A DNA stretch of 64,000 nucleotides from Amoebidium appalachense (GCA_963693365.1 CAVNZM010000003.1:5204472-5268471); one strand, 5' to 3'. Shown: positions 1-13,763, counted from the stretch's first letter. A program made the numbers and translations. The notes: generated from the letters alone by a model not told the origin.

Positions 1-972
1 ATCAAATCGTGATTCATCCAATCACAGGTGAGGGGACTATCGTCTGCAGAGCATCTAGCTGTGCCCCCTTCCCCCGGGGGTGTGTTGAGGTCTAATAGTA
101 GATCAGTACGTATACACGTTTGTGCAGCCGCTGTACGTGTACGCAGGTGGAAGGGTGGGTTGAGCGTGTAGGGGCGGCTGTTGCCAGGCTATGCGAGGAA
201 CACCGGAGGGTGTCAAGAGTCTCACAGCAAGACCAGTGTGCACCCATCATGATGTACGTGTGTGTGTGTTTGTGTGTCTCTACTCACATTGGCGTGTGCC
301 TAATGTGTCTACTCATGTTGAATTGTGTGTGTGTGTGTGCGCGCGCGCCCGCACGTTGTGTGTTTTTTTGTGTCTGCGTAAGAGCGTGTGCGTGCGTGTG
401 TGAGTGTGTACATGTGTGAGTGAGTGTGTGTGTGTGCCATGGTGTGTGCATGTGTATGTTGTGTTTGTGCGTGTTCGATAAATATACACACATGCATGCG
501 CCTGGGGGAAGGGGCGGTCACATGTACTTTCATGTACATTGCTTCAGGGAAGCTTTCACTTTATTTCCGCAAGCACACAACACATCCATGGAACAACTTC
601 CATATGATGCAAGTAATCTGGTCGGATCTGGATATCCCCAAACTCGGGGACAACATGCAGACCGCAAATCAAGCTATTATCCAATCAAATTACGAGCAAG
701 GTAAGCTAATAAGGGACCAAACCACAGAATACACCACCCACAAGCCATTATGAAAAATATAAAAACAAGAATTTAAGGGGATCCGATTAGCCTAATCGTA
801 CTTTGAAATTAATCACCAGTGATTTGCCACCCATTACACCCAAATAAACAAAACACCACCAACGTAATCGTTCACCAACACACCCGGCCTATATTAAAAG
901 TTCAAAACAACCTTACCGAACCACGAAACCCGCACCGCCAAACAAAAACGGATGAAACCGTTACACATCCGA

Positions 973-1672
973 TTAGTACCGATCGTACCGATCCAACCGA
1001 TCACGCGATGCACCGAGCCTAAGCCTCTCCACCCTATCATACTCCCTTTCCCTCTCCATCAATCTGTCCCTATCAGCCAGCCCATACCTATCGCGAATAT
1101 CACGAAAATCACGGATCCCCCAAATGTCTCTCCCTCCATACCCACCCAGATCCCCCCCACGCGAATAAGTAGATGCAGGGAGATAGCGATCACCTGCTCT
1201 CCCCCGATCATCCCTTAGAACCCCACGATCTCTGTCGGCTCCGAATCGGGGAAGATAATCGCGATCGTACAGACTCCCCCCGATTGAGGAATAGCGATCG
1301 CGATCACGGTCACTGCGCAGGGAGGCGGGTGGAAGGGATGGCTGGCCGGCAAATTTGTCCTGCAGAGCACATGAGAACATTAGAGCTTTTTTCAAGACAT
1401 GAACAATAGGAACATGACAGGAAAAAAACATTGTTTGGAAGGGAGTTTGACTTTTCCCCTTCCTTCCCTCCTTTCTTTTTTTTTATTTATAATTTGGAAG
1501 GAAGGGAGTTTGACTTTTCTTCTTCCTCCCTTCTATTCTTTTCTTTTTCCTTCTCTCTCTCTCTCTCTCTCCCCCCCCCCCCCCCCCCCCCCCCCCCTCT
1601 CTCTCTCTCTCTCCCTCCCTCTCTCTCTGTGTGTGTGTTTCGTTCTTGTTTGGGGGTGAGGGGGGAGGGTGT

Positions 1673-1703
<31 letters not shown>

Positions 1704-2328
1704 GAGGGGGGAGGGGGGGGGGGGGGGGGGGGGGTTTTGAATGCGTCAAAAAGTACGAAGTACACAAGAACAAACGGATAACACGATGCAGAATGCAAGC
1801 CATACATAAAGAGTATGCATAATAAGCAGAGCCCATCCTCAGGGGGGGCCCACGTCATCCACAGTACCCGAGTTTCGACCTATTCCCCTCGTTAACGAAA
1901 CCCAACTCAGATACTGTTTCACTTGAACATGAGTAGGTCACCCGTCTTGATCAGAGACGAGCAGGGTTGCTTATGCAGGCAAGGGCAGTGGGAAAGGCCG
2001 GGGGTTAAAGTTGCAGCAGTAAGCAGAAGCAAGAGGGGGGGGGGGGGGGGGGGGTTCAGTTACCAGGTGAACGTCGACAGGGCGGTTACGGAACATCACA
2101 CCGTGCATACGACCTGAAGACACAAAGCACACCATTAGCACACAGGGTTGGAAAAAGAACAAAAACACATGGTAAAAAACGGGAAAGGTGTAATAAATCG
2201 CTGCATTATTCATTGTGAGAGCGGAAAAATAATGGTGGTGGTGGCACTGGTGATTAGTCGTGAGGAAGAGAAAGGGGTGGAGGGAGAATCAGGGTGTGGT
2301 GGGCATGGGTGGGAAAATGACGGGGGAA

Positions 2329-2366
<38 letters not shown>

Positions 2367-4623
2367 AACGTGCTTTGTGGTTCGAAAACACGACAATCAC
2401 AACATTCGAACCATGGTTAGGAAAAGAAGAACAATCACATTGATAATGTGTTGTTTGCATAAACAGGACGAGCTAGAGGGGGAACTATGTTCGTTTGTAA
2501 CCACAACTCAAAATGTGGTCCGGGGAGGGAAAAAAAAAAAGAAGGAAAAAGATATGCAAACGGCAACCGAGAACAGTGACCACCAAATGCCCCAAACCTC
2601 AGCACATATGCCATCGGCCAAAACCGATAAATGAAGGGTGTGCAATTTGAGCGAAATTCCATTCCCAAAACACGGGGGAATGGCACATACTGATGGCCGC
2701 AGCTGCCTCCCGCGCCGTCTTGAAGAGAACTGTCCCGGCACCCCTCGACATCCCATCAGGCCCGGCAAGAATCTCAGTCCGAACAACATCGAACCCTGAA
2801 GAAAGAGGGGGGGGGGGGGGGGGGAGGGGGGTATGTTAGAATGTGTTACAGAGTACGAAGCATTCATTCATGACGAACAACACAATGAAGAGTGCAAAGC
2901 ACACACAAAGGAAGGGGGGGGGGGGGGGGGGGGGGGAATGTGTTACCGAGCATGAAGTATACATTCATGGCAGACAACACAATGCAAAATCTGCAAAGCA
3001 AGAGTAAGCATCATAACCAGAGCCCAACCTCCCCGGGGGAGGAAGGGGGGGGGGGGGGGGGGGGAGGGGGGGGGGGGGGGAGGGAAATAGGTACAACTAC
3101 GATTAGAAACAGGGTGCAGGACACATGCGAAGACAAGTATTCAAGCATGCAACATTGGCAGCTATTACTAAACAATATATACAGTACCCATCCTCACGGG
3201 GTGCCCAGGAGGCCAGGGGAGAGGGGAAGGGGGGGGGGGGGGGGGGGGGAGGGGGGGGGTAAGAGTGTGTTGTAGGGAACAGAAGAGGGGGGAGGGAGGG
3301 GGAGGGGGGGGGGGGGGGGGAGAGGGTTGGGGGGGGGGGGGGGGGGGGGGGGAGGGGGGTTGAATGCGTCATAAAGTACGAAGTACACAAGAACAAACGG
3401 ATAACACCATGCAGAATGCAAGCCATACATAAAGAGTATGCATAATAAGCAGAGCCCATCCTCAGGGGGGGCCCACGTCATCCACAGTACCCGAGGGGGG
3501 AGGGGGGAGGGGGGGGGGGGGGGGATGGCGTACCGGCTTGGCGGAAGAAGTCCTTAAGGTCTTGCCAGGACACCGAGAAGTTCAGCTGCAGAGAGAGGAA
3601 GGTTGTGTGTGTGCGTGTGTCGGGTGGGGTGGGGTGGGGGTCGAGTGGGATGTGTGTGTGTGCGTGTGTGTGTGTGTGGGGAGAGGGGGGGAGGGGGGGG
3701 GGGGGGGGGGGGGGGGGTTAGTTCGCCACCATTCCAATTTGCTCCCCCCCCCCCCCACACACACACTCACACCACACATACCACGCACGCACACGCGCAC
3801 GCACGCACACACACACACATTGTACGCGCATACACACCGCCATAGGTTTCCGGGCAATGCTTGCATGATTCCACTCTCAGGCTCTAATGATGTTACACAA
3901 AATCAATTAAGACACCAACCACCAAACAGTTAAAGGGGGTTTCTTTCGGGCCAATTTATAGGCCCTTTCTGACCAGTCAAAAACAGATGTTCGATGCGCA
4001 TCTCGCCAATCATAGGGTCTGACCTGACCCGGAATCCTAAAAGAAACCCCCCTTTAACAGACAAATGGTTGGCCGTGGGAGCGGGTGGGCTTGGGGGTGT
4101 TTGTGTGGGAAGTGGGAAGAGCTTTTGAAAGTCATGCAAAACACGCAACCAAAACGTGCAGGCAGAAGAAACTTAACCAGAGCCCATCATCAGGACGTTC
4201 CCACCGCGGGCAGGGAGGGGCTTGGATGAATTACAGAACACGAAATACATCATGGTGCACGTATAGCAAAGGACATAAGTAGAGCCCATCCCCAGGGGGG
4301 TTTAGGAAGTGCTACGGAGAGTGCAAACGGGTAACACAGCCCCCATTTCGCAAAGCACACAATGTATGCGTCATAGAGGGAGGCCAAATGGGGGGGAAGG
4401 GGAGCCGAGGGCGGGCGGGCGGGCGGGGGGGGCAGGGGGGGGTATGCATTGGAGGTTTTGGGATTATGTAGGTGGAGACATCAAAAGACAAAACACCAAC
4501 GTCACAACACAAACGAAACTGTGTGTGTGCATGTGTGTGCATGTGTGTGTGTGTGTGTTCGTGTGTGCGCATGTGTGTGAGTGTGTTGGGGGGGGGGGTG
4601 TCCAATTATTTCCAACGTAGGCC

Positions 4624-4689
<66 letters not shown>

Positions 4690-4979
4690 TGTGTGTGTGT
4701 GCGTGTGTGTGCAGCTGGGGGGGGGGGGGGGGGGAAGGGGGGGGTGTCCAAATACATTTCCCACGTAGACCTGGCATAGGGGGTCCACGTCAGACCCCCG
4801 AGGCAGCAGACTCATGCGGCCCACATCCCTGGCCCCAATATCACGTGACCCGTACCCACCACTATACGGGGGGGGACTGCGACGGCGGAGGGGTCCTTGG
4901 CGTGAGGGAAAAATGTTGCCTTTTTCGGCTTCGCGGTCCTGTTGGATATAGGGAAATTTGCGTGTGTGGGTGAGAGGGG

Positions 4980-5012
<33 letters not shown>

Positions 5013-5425
5013 CTTATTTGACAGTACACGGTGATGAGTGGCGGTTGTCGATGCACAACGAATACCCGGGATTCGAGGCTAAGAGACAAAAAAAAAAAAA
5101 AAAAAAAAAAAAAAAGGTATATCTCCACATATGATTTACATCTTGTAACGTCGTTTTTTACACGTTGTGCCGACACCTCATCACAGCTCACATGCATAAC
5201 GTTGATAAACAGCACATTCCCCCCCATTCGAGACTATGAGACTCGCAACTTTCACCCTACCCACAATCTACCGACACCCGGTCAACAAAAAAACCGTTTT
5301 CAAAAATATTGAAATCCCATTGGCACCCAAGTCAACCCCATATCCAACCTTGAACCCATCACCTTGGCCTCGAGGGAAACCGGGGGAACCTTGCCGTGTG
5401 CATATGTGCGCGTGCGCGTACGCGC

Positions 5426-5472
<47 letters not shown>

Positions 5473-5744
5473 GGGGGGGGGACAGAGAGAGAGTGTGTGT
5501 GAGTGAGAGAGGGAGACATACCTCGCGAATGAAGATTTTTCTTCCGGCCAGTTCGACGTTTGTCAGCTGCTCCATGGCCCTCTTGGCTCCCTCCTCCGTC
5601 TCGAACTCAACAAGACTAAAATAAAAATCAAAACAAAAAAAAAAACCGTCAGAGGGAAAAAAAAAAGCAGGAAGGGAGACTGAAGGGGTCTATCCATCGG
5701 GGAGGGATTCCAAAGAAAAGAATGGACAAAGGCTTAGGGGGATG

Positions 5745-5787
<43 letters not shown>

Positions 5788-6430
5788 GGAGTTAGAGTAC
5801 GAAACACATCATCCATAAGGGACAAGTAAAGGCAGGGTGGAAAGCAACGGGCAGGGTGGAAAGCAACGTAGAGGGCATACATAAATCCAATCCAATCCTC
5901 AGTGGAGACCGCCCGGGGGAGGGCGAGGAGGGGAGGGTGGGTTGGGGGGGGGGGGGGGGGGGGGGGGTAGAACCCTGTATACAGCAAGAAGTGCAAATTT
6001 ACAATGAAGACTTCATGCAAACATGCAACGCCTAGCACACACACATACACACACACACAACAGACGGGCGGGCCCGCGGAGGGTTGGGGGGGGGGGGAGG
6101 GACAACATACGCGCAACCCTTTGAGCGGCCGTCGGGGTAGGTAAGCATCTCAACCTGTTTGACAGGCCCCGCTGTAGCGCGGTAAGAAAAAACATCAGCA
6201 TGCATGAAAGACAAACACAGGCAGGAATGAAAGGGAAACACAGGCAGGAATGAAAGGGAAACACAGGCATGTGGTTGTGTGTTCTGTTTGCAAGAAAGCA
6301 TGTGTGATAGAGAATGAATCTGTTCTCTTATCACGTATGCACACACATCCATTCGCACCCACACACGCGCACACGCGCACACGTACACACGCACACGCAC
6401 ACGCGCGCACACACACACACACACACGCAC

Positions 6431-6488
<58 letters not shown>

Positions 6489-7491
6489 CTCCCGTGCAAG
6501 CACCAGTGACCCATTACACAGCAATGCAACTTTGGTTCGTGGTACGAAAAGATTCTGCGGATATATATCTTAAAGCTTGAACGGAACGAAAATGGCCACC
6601 CATTTCAAACAGTATGAAGTGCCTACATGGTATATCCTTTAGCATTCAATACAAACTGCAGATTCACAGCGGGTGATGCAATACTGATAAACAAAACAGA
6701 ACACAGACACGTACAGTATGCAATACAAGTAGTTCCCATCCTCATAAAGGTGTGCTAAGCTTGGCGCGGGGGGGGGGGGGGGGGGGGGAGGGGGGGAGGG
6801 GGGGCGCAGGGAGGGAGAGAAAAAGAGAGAAAAAGGGGGGGGGGGGGGGGGGGGGGGGGGGGTGATGTATGTGTTAGAGGGTTGGAAATATGGAGGAACA
6901 ACAAAGAGCAACAAAAAAAAGTCACAAAAGTGGGAAACTCAAAATCAAAAATTTAAGCGTGCAGGCAGAAGACACTTGAACAGAGCCCATCATCAGGGGG
7001 AAGGGGGGGGGGGGAAGCAACAGGGGAATGCATGGAAAGGGAAAGGGACTTTTGGGGCAGTTACCTTTCTTCATGACATCTTTGAGATCCTGCAAATACA
7101 AATGCAGTTAATGAAACAATAATCAGACATGCCGTTTCCTACAAAACACAGTAACCCTATACAAAGGAGCTTCCACCCCCTACTCTCTCTCCTTTCTCTC
7201 TCTCTTCCCCCCCCCCCCCCTCTCCCCCCGGCGGCCCCTCCCTCCACCATCACCATATATATCTGCCTTACTCACCAGCCCCTTCCACCCAACAGCACAG
7301 GCACACAGATCAAACAACTGCACACATGTACAAAACTAAAGGCGAGAACACACACACACACACACACACACGGGCCTACAATACTCTCCCTCCTCACATC
7401 CCCCTCCCCTAGGTCCACACATCTTTCTCCCACCCACACAAACTTGCACCACCCACACAAACTCAGAAACGTGTATGCATCTGCAAGCACA

Positions 7492-7537
<46 letters not shown>

Positions 7538-9292
7538 AACACACACACACACACACACAGAGGAAAATGCACAGATGTGCACACACGACACGCACACACA
7601 CAAACCATCATTTCATACCTACATGTGCACACCCACTAACAAGCCCCCCCCCCCCTCCCTTCCCCTCCCCCACCCGCGGGGCCGCGCCTGCCACCCTCCC
7701 CCCTTTCCGTTCTAACGTTGTCTTTTACTAAAAAAAGCTCTCTCTCTCTTCCCCACCCCCCTTCCTTCCCCCACCTCCAACTTGTCCAAAACAATGCCTT
7801 CGCTTCTCCAGCACATCCGTTTTAACCTCAGTGCCGTTCCATAAAACCAAAGACACCCACACCCACACACCCACACACGCACCCACCCACCCACCCACCC
7901 ACACACAGAAAAACGGGGCCAAAACTGGAACACGCACCTGCCAAGCGACCGAGAAATGCACGTTGCCGACAAAGATACGGCAGCCGGCATTAGGAAGAGG
8001 TGCCCGATTGGGAGATTTTGAGCGAGAGCGCGAACGTGTGCGAGACCGTGAGCGACCTCTCCTTTCACGTTCCCCTCCTCCGCGTTCAAAGTCCATACGA
8101 TCGCGTGTTCGGTCACGCTCCCGATCTGAAAATTGGAAACGGCGAGTCCCACCATTACCAGAACATCCCTGCCTTCCATTGCAACTTTGCATTCCCTCAC
8201 ACAGCTCTCACTTCCCGACCCAAACCCACAACACATAGCTCGTACCCAATCCCACATGTCCCCCATTCCATTTCACACTTCTTACCCGGATCCCACCCAT
8301 CATGCCCTCCTTGCCACAGCCCCCATCCACCCCAACTCATCCCCTCATCCCCTACTCCTCCAAAGAACATCACCAAAATTCCGCTCTGTTTGCCCTGCTT
8401 CGACTGTACCAACATCAGGTCCGAGTCCAAATTTCTCTGAACAATCCACAAAAATGTGTAGTCGTTTGATGAGGGTCTCTCGTGTATGTTCCACGAGCCG
8501 CCACTTCCCAAAAATAGAAAGTACACACAACCTTGTCTGCACTTCCGACCCCGCTCCCGCCAACCCCTCATCCTTCCAAACTAACACAGAGACTTAACAA
8601 TCCCTCCTCCCACGTTCCTCTTCCATCCAATGTTGCCACCTTACTTCCCAACCAGAAACTCGGGCTTATGTCCAAGCATCCGATGCTAGATCAACCAACT
8701 CCAAACCAGCTCCCTAATATTACCGTCCACATAATCCTTTCTATTAATCCACCACTTCCACCCAACAAAGTCAATAATATGGTTTCCATATTGCTTCCAA
8801 GACTGCGGTACCTCCTTTGGGTCTGTCTCAAATCCTATCCCACCAAAAACATTCCTTGTATCCGACCTTCTAACCAGCCACGCTGACCCACCTTTATCCT
8901 GTCCACCCTTGTTCAAGACAACCACATCGTCAAGAGACATGTCTAGTTTATCTTCCGTCGAGAAGTTGGTTCCCCTGCGTGACGCCGTACCTTTCTCTGC
9001 TGCAAAAGGGAAGAGGAAAGAAAAAATGAGAAAAACCCGATCAGTGACACATTTCGTCGTCCCATGGCAGAGGAGAAGGGGGAGGGGGGGGGGGGGGGGG
9101 GGGAGAGGGGAGTAGAGAATAGGGAGCTACTATTAAAAGAAAGCCCCAAAGGGCCCGGCGGTAGGTGGGTGGGTTGGAGGGGGCGGGGGGGGGGGGGGGG
9201 GAGGGGAAAGGGGGGGGAGGGGGGGGGGGGGGGGGGAGGGGGGGGGGAGGGGGGGTTGATTCAGAGGATGCCCAACATAACAGCTTACCCAT
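973..9292 (-). CDS. Gbp2/Hrb1/hnRNP-M-like SR-type RNA-binding protein, two RRMs, 418 aa, 11 exons: 9292-9289, 8999-8892, 8125-7938, 7089-7065, 6171-6111, 5615-5522, 4938-4756, 3585-3534, 2795-2691, 2113-2064, 1359-973
   Basis: All ten introns are GT..AG and the phases join into one open frame (1257 nt). Translation: [28 protein letters not shown]..., RS tract ([17 protein letters not shown]), RRM1 [80 protein letters not shown]2 [24 protein letters not shown]...[23 protein letters not shown]-rich tail. The WQDLKD motif is typical of Gbp2/Hrb1/SRSF1-type RRMs. Confidence 0.9.
1737..1897 (-). repeat. Dispersed repeat family copy (long copy) followed by poly(C) on the minus strand
   Basis: Minus strand reads GTTAACGAGGGGAATAGGTCGAAACTCGGGTACTGTGGATGACGTGGGCCCCCCCTGAGGATGGGCTCTGCTTATTATGCATACTC...GACGCATTCAA then a C-run; near-identical to 3360-3495. 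Confidence 0.8.
2831..3040 (-). repeat. Two diverged copies of the same repeat family (2937-3040 and the 3'-partial 2831-2910), each followed by poly(C)
   Basis: GGGCTCTGGTTATGATGCTTACTCTT...TTTTGCATTGTGTTGTC...GTATACTTCATGCTCGGTAACACATT aligns by eye to the 1737-1897 copy. Confidence 0.7.
3360..3495 (-). repeat. Dispersed repeat family copy, near-identical to 1737-1872
   Basis: About 135 bp with only about 2 visible mismatches to the copy in the last intron; flanked by G/C homopolymers on both sides. Confidence 0.9.
4155..4303 (-). repeat. Two adjacent partial copies of the repeat core
   Basis: Minus strand CCCCCCTGGGGATGGGCTCTACTTAT (near 4300) and CCTGATGATGGGCTCTGGTTAAGTTTCTTCTGCCTGCACG (near 4195). 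Confidence 0.65.
6862..7000 (-). repeat. Repeat family copy, subfamily B, followed by poly(C)
   Basis: CCCCCTGATGATGGGCTCTGTTCAAGTGTCTTCTGCCTGCACGCTTAA...ACATACATCACCCCC; highly similar over about 140 bp to 19840-19985. Confidence 0.85.
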
Positions 9293-9488
9293 GGCGAATG
9301 CCCGCAACGGCTGTTTGAAGAAAACGGTTTCGCTCCGCCAACAATAGTACTTTCACACGTTTACTAAACAATTGCTTCTGCAAAGTGGCCCCCTTACGTT
9401 ACTTACAGAAACTATACAGTGAACTTCGTTTCTTTTGTTTGTTGAAGTTGGATGATGCACATGCAAAGCTGAGCCGAATTCACAGGAA

Positions 9489-9500
9489 TTGGCGCGAAAA
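9489..9500 (-). promoter_or_regulatory. E2F-like site about 200 bp upstream of the RRM gene start
   Basis: TTTTCGCGCCAA on the minus strand matches the TTTSSCGC consensus; motif match only. Confidence 0.25.
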
Positions 9501-12500
9501 CGTAAATGGTGGGCCAAGTTGCTAAGCGCTATTTATGGTACAAATGCCTATTCTTGTCAATTCTAATCCAAGGTACGTATACAGATGTGTATATTGTTTC
9601 AATATATATGCGTTTGTAAACTAAAACAAGGTGTGAATTACGATATATATATGGTTTATGACAATGCAATACAAAAAATGTTTAAAAAACTAACAATAAT
9701 AATAAAAAGGCAAGCCCACCAGCGCTGCATGCGCATTGCATATGCTTCATCAATCGAACGAATCTCCAGATCTTTTGGAATGTCTGGGATCTAGTTTTGA
9801 CCAATAAAGATGACAACAAAAAGCGTGCAAAAATACCTATAGATGCGTGCAATCAGAGGAATATTATTGGCTCAAAATCCCAAATTCGCTACCCATAAGA
9901 TTTACACTCCTTGGATCTACGTTAGTTCCACCAATCGATACTTCCCGGGTAGTCGGGTACACACCAATCAACTTGACGGATCTAAGGACTGTAACAAGTG
10001 TTCAGCTGTGACACAACACGCGTGAGGCCGTAACGAGTAAAGTTCTTTTTTTTTTTTTTTTACCTTTTATTTTATTAGGTGCAATAGGAGTGCTTCTCCG
10101 AGCAGAGCAGGGGGTATGGCAGGCATGTGTAAAATAAACAAATTATATACGCAGTTCCATATGGTTATGCCGCGCAGCTGAATAATCAATAATGAGTGAT
10201 CATGCCATCGTGTCGCCACGCGTGCACTGAGCCGAAATCGGTGTACACACGTGCACGTACAGTAACACCACTACTGTCCATTGTAAAGCCGAACGATTTC
10301 TAACTTTTCGCTATAAACGTGTTGTAATATTGGACAACTTTGTTTTTCCAGCAAGTACTCGCGTGTAGCTAGGCACGCCTACACTCACACGTACATGATA
10401 ATTCTAGAGATATAATTGTTCTCATGAGCAGCGACTCGGATGTTACGGTAGGCCATACATAGTTATGTGCATGGTATGGCATTGCTCACCAGGGTTGCAC
10501 CTGCTAGCTAATAAGCAACGCATGTATACAGGTTAACGTTTCTGCAAGGCACGTACATGAATGCATAGCTAGTGTGCACGGGCATTTTTGTGACAGATCA
10601 AGAACTCCTTCTTTCCTGCCTACAGTACCAGAGCAACTGGCTCCAGGGACCGTGCACATGGCACAAGCTTACGCGTACTGTATACGTGGTGTGCAGCTCT
10701 CTCAAACAGCATTCCACATTTCAGGCCCACGCATTACAAGTGTGTGTGCGTGCGCCTCCAGCTGAGACACATGTGCGCGTGCCGTGGTTCTATATGTGTC
10801 CTGTACTGCAAAACCGAAAACACCACTGAAAAAGTCTAAGAAAGCGAGTTTTGGATTGGTGCTTCGATTCGTGCTCGAATCGCCGATAAATCTCTGTCTT
10901 CGTATTCGCTAATGTTTTGTAACGTTGATGGCATTACCAGCAAATACATGTCCATTTTGATCTATCATAGTGAACAGAAGCTCCATGAAATAGATTACGT
11001 AAAAACATGTATATGGCTAGCTATTTTGCTTTGCCACCATGACGGTTGTGCTTCAAACCGTGACGTGGCATCATGGCATTTGCATCCGGACTCGGCGTCT
11101 GGTTTTTTTAAATTGTCCATTGCCTGAGTATCAGCACCCCATATGGGCGTTTTAGATCATCCAATCAGCATTCTCCACACAACTTATAAACTCTTTGGGC
11201 ACATGCCTTTTTCAGTCAGTCCGTGTGTGAGCGGCAAGATCGAAACCGGGGACCAGTTTTCGGTTTTTGAAAACTGTTCAACTACCGGACTGGCTGGTAA
11301 TTTTTTTGGCGTAACTGGTTTGCGCAAACACGTCATTAAAATCACGACGTTTATTTTTAGATCCAGGGTTAGACCGACAGGGAACTTCAGGATGTGCGAT
11401 ATGTGTCCTGTACTGCTGTTTTTTTTTTCGCCCACGGCAATAAAAAGCATGATATTAGGCGAATGGTCTATCCTTAAAACGCACCAGTGCGCTCCCTCCC
11501 AATCGTAAACACGCGCTGACCCCCCTTTTACCCAATCAGATACCGCCCGCCCCCCTCCCTTGCGGGTGCCATATGTGTCCTGTACTGCCTGTGTAGCATA
11601 AGTCGAGGTTACGTTTTTCTCTTGGGTACCGGTCGCGTAGGGCGTAACCACGTGTGCGCCATTATTTTGATACAAGAACAAGTATAATAACAAGTAATCA
11701 TATTTAAGAGTGTTGTGTAATTGTGCATAAGCCTGTTAACGTTATTATCGATATCCCGCTCTCACATGTTCAACGGCCCGTTTTGGGGTGCCCCATTCGA
11801 AGCTAACTTGACTAACTCTTTGCACAATTATTGTGTTAGCCTCCAGCTCTCTTGATGCCGTACGTAGCACTTGTGCCGCTGCCACAACTCGACAGGCAGA
11901 AACACAAACTTGGCGGCGGGGCACAATGTAGAGAGAGCCATACACATAACGTCAACAGTAGTAGAGCTCACAACTTTTAAGTGCAGGACTTTGCCTTAGT
12001 TAGCTAGCATTCAGAGAAGCTGTGCGTGCATCAAACACAACCTTTATTCAATTTGAACTCTTTGGCATGGAGGGTACCGGTGTGCATAACTACTTCTAGC
12101 TCATGTACACCCACATTACCAAACCTAGCTATTAATAATTAGCTTAGATAATATCGTCAACGTTACAGAATTCACATTCAAGTGCAATTTTCTAGCTTGC
12201 CACCTTTGACATGATCACCGACGCGCACCGAACCTGACTGAGATCACTAAAGTCAGAGTGTTGGTCCGTGCCGGGACGAAAAGGTCTTTGTTCCTGATAG
12301 CACATCTGTCGTGACGAGCTCTAAACCAGCTATCTCTGGAACTTGCCAAAAACAGTTACAAGGTTAGTCTCGTGTACACTAACCCAAGGACCTAGGGCAC
12401 CGATAGTAAATACGTACTGACACTCACTTTCATGCCATTTTATTTCAGTTAACAGGTTTAAGTTACTGCACAGTAGGCAGCCTAGCAGAAGTCACACCTT

Positions 12501-13064
12501 TACATCACTACGGACATTATTCAATGTAGTTATTAGATAGGTGGTTGCCAACTTGGCCGTTAGGCACTCTGTAGCTGTATTCACATTTTACTCCTCGTTT
12601 CATGCACAAACAAATACGCTGTGTTGTGAGTTAACCCTTGTCAGAAAACGCTTCACACTATACTATCTCTGGAGACGGCACTCCACTTATTAACTAGAAG
12701 GGCGGCACCGTAAGCTAGCTATCCTCTATCTATCGTGTCACTAAACTAAGGCACATGGGGTTGGCACCCAGACTATTAATAAAGTCTTCACACTATTGAG
12801 TCGTCACTCAAACCCTTATTATCCCGCGCTGTCTCGTGTCTGCAGCAATACACAAGTACGACAGCTAGTGACTGCATCCTAACAATAACGTAGCTAAGGT
12901 GATCAAGCTTATCCACAAAGGTGCTGAATGCTGCAAGTGTGTGTGACGGCACACACACACTGACCATCACAAGTGTCGTGGGGTGACCTACAAATGCACC
13001 CCGACGGTAGTAAATTTTGTTTCATTTTTTGCGTCCGCAATTTTCGCATCCTGCCGGTACAAAC

Positions 13065-13727
13065 ATGTGTCCCACACACACACAACGAATGGAAGTTCCC
13101 CACGTGACCAGCTCATTGGAATGTGCTGTGGAACTCAAACTTGAAAATACTCCAAACTTTCCCGAAGGTCCGGAAATCTACCACGACCTCGAAAATACGC
13201 CGAATAAAGCAGCTACATTTCCTGAAATTTCAGTCGCCTGTTTAAACTTTCACTGGAAAGACATGGTAGGACCTCCGCACTCTCAGCTAACGGAATTTGT
13301 AGTGGAAGAAAACCGGAAAACGAACCGAAATCCGAATTCATCCACGAACCTAGGATACACAAACACCGCGTGCTTCTCTTCATTTTTCTCTCCATTGTTT
13401 TGACTGTTCCGGCACAAACGTTCACGCTTATGTACGGAATTCAGAACCCTGACAAGCACCAAAAATGCCTGCTGGCGGCGAGTTTGGGCGTTTCGGTAAT
13501 TATGACGGGGTTTCTCGGGCACAGTTTCTACGTGTTTTTTAAATATTATCACTGTGCGTCCGTGCGCACATACGGGAGGCCGTTCCTTATCCTTCTGCTC
13601 GTTTTGTGCTCAATCGCAAAGGTATGCATATGACCCCCCTTCCCCCACAAAATAATAGAAATGAAAATAAAAATAAAATTAAATAACTGTGATGTTACTT
13701 ACTTGAATTGCAAGAGTAGATCAACGC

Positions 13728-13763
<36 letters not shown>

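Noticed and set aside
548-700. Plus-strand segment bounded by cttcag and gtaagc that looks like an exon
   Set aside because: No recognisable protein and no partner exons; it lies just downstream of the minus-strand RRM gene, so a downstream exon would have to overlap that gene.
6862-7000. Box C/D snoRNA call based on TGATGA
   Set aside because: No terminal CTGA box D or closing stem, and other copies read TGAGGA or TGAGAA; kept only as part of the repeat-family finding.
11184-11693. 169-aa minus-strand ORF in complex sequence
   Set aside because: Non-ATG start, no recognisable motif, no splice partners, and overlapped by an equally uninformative plus ORF.
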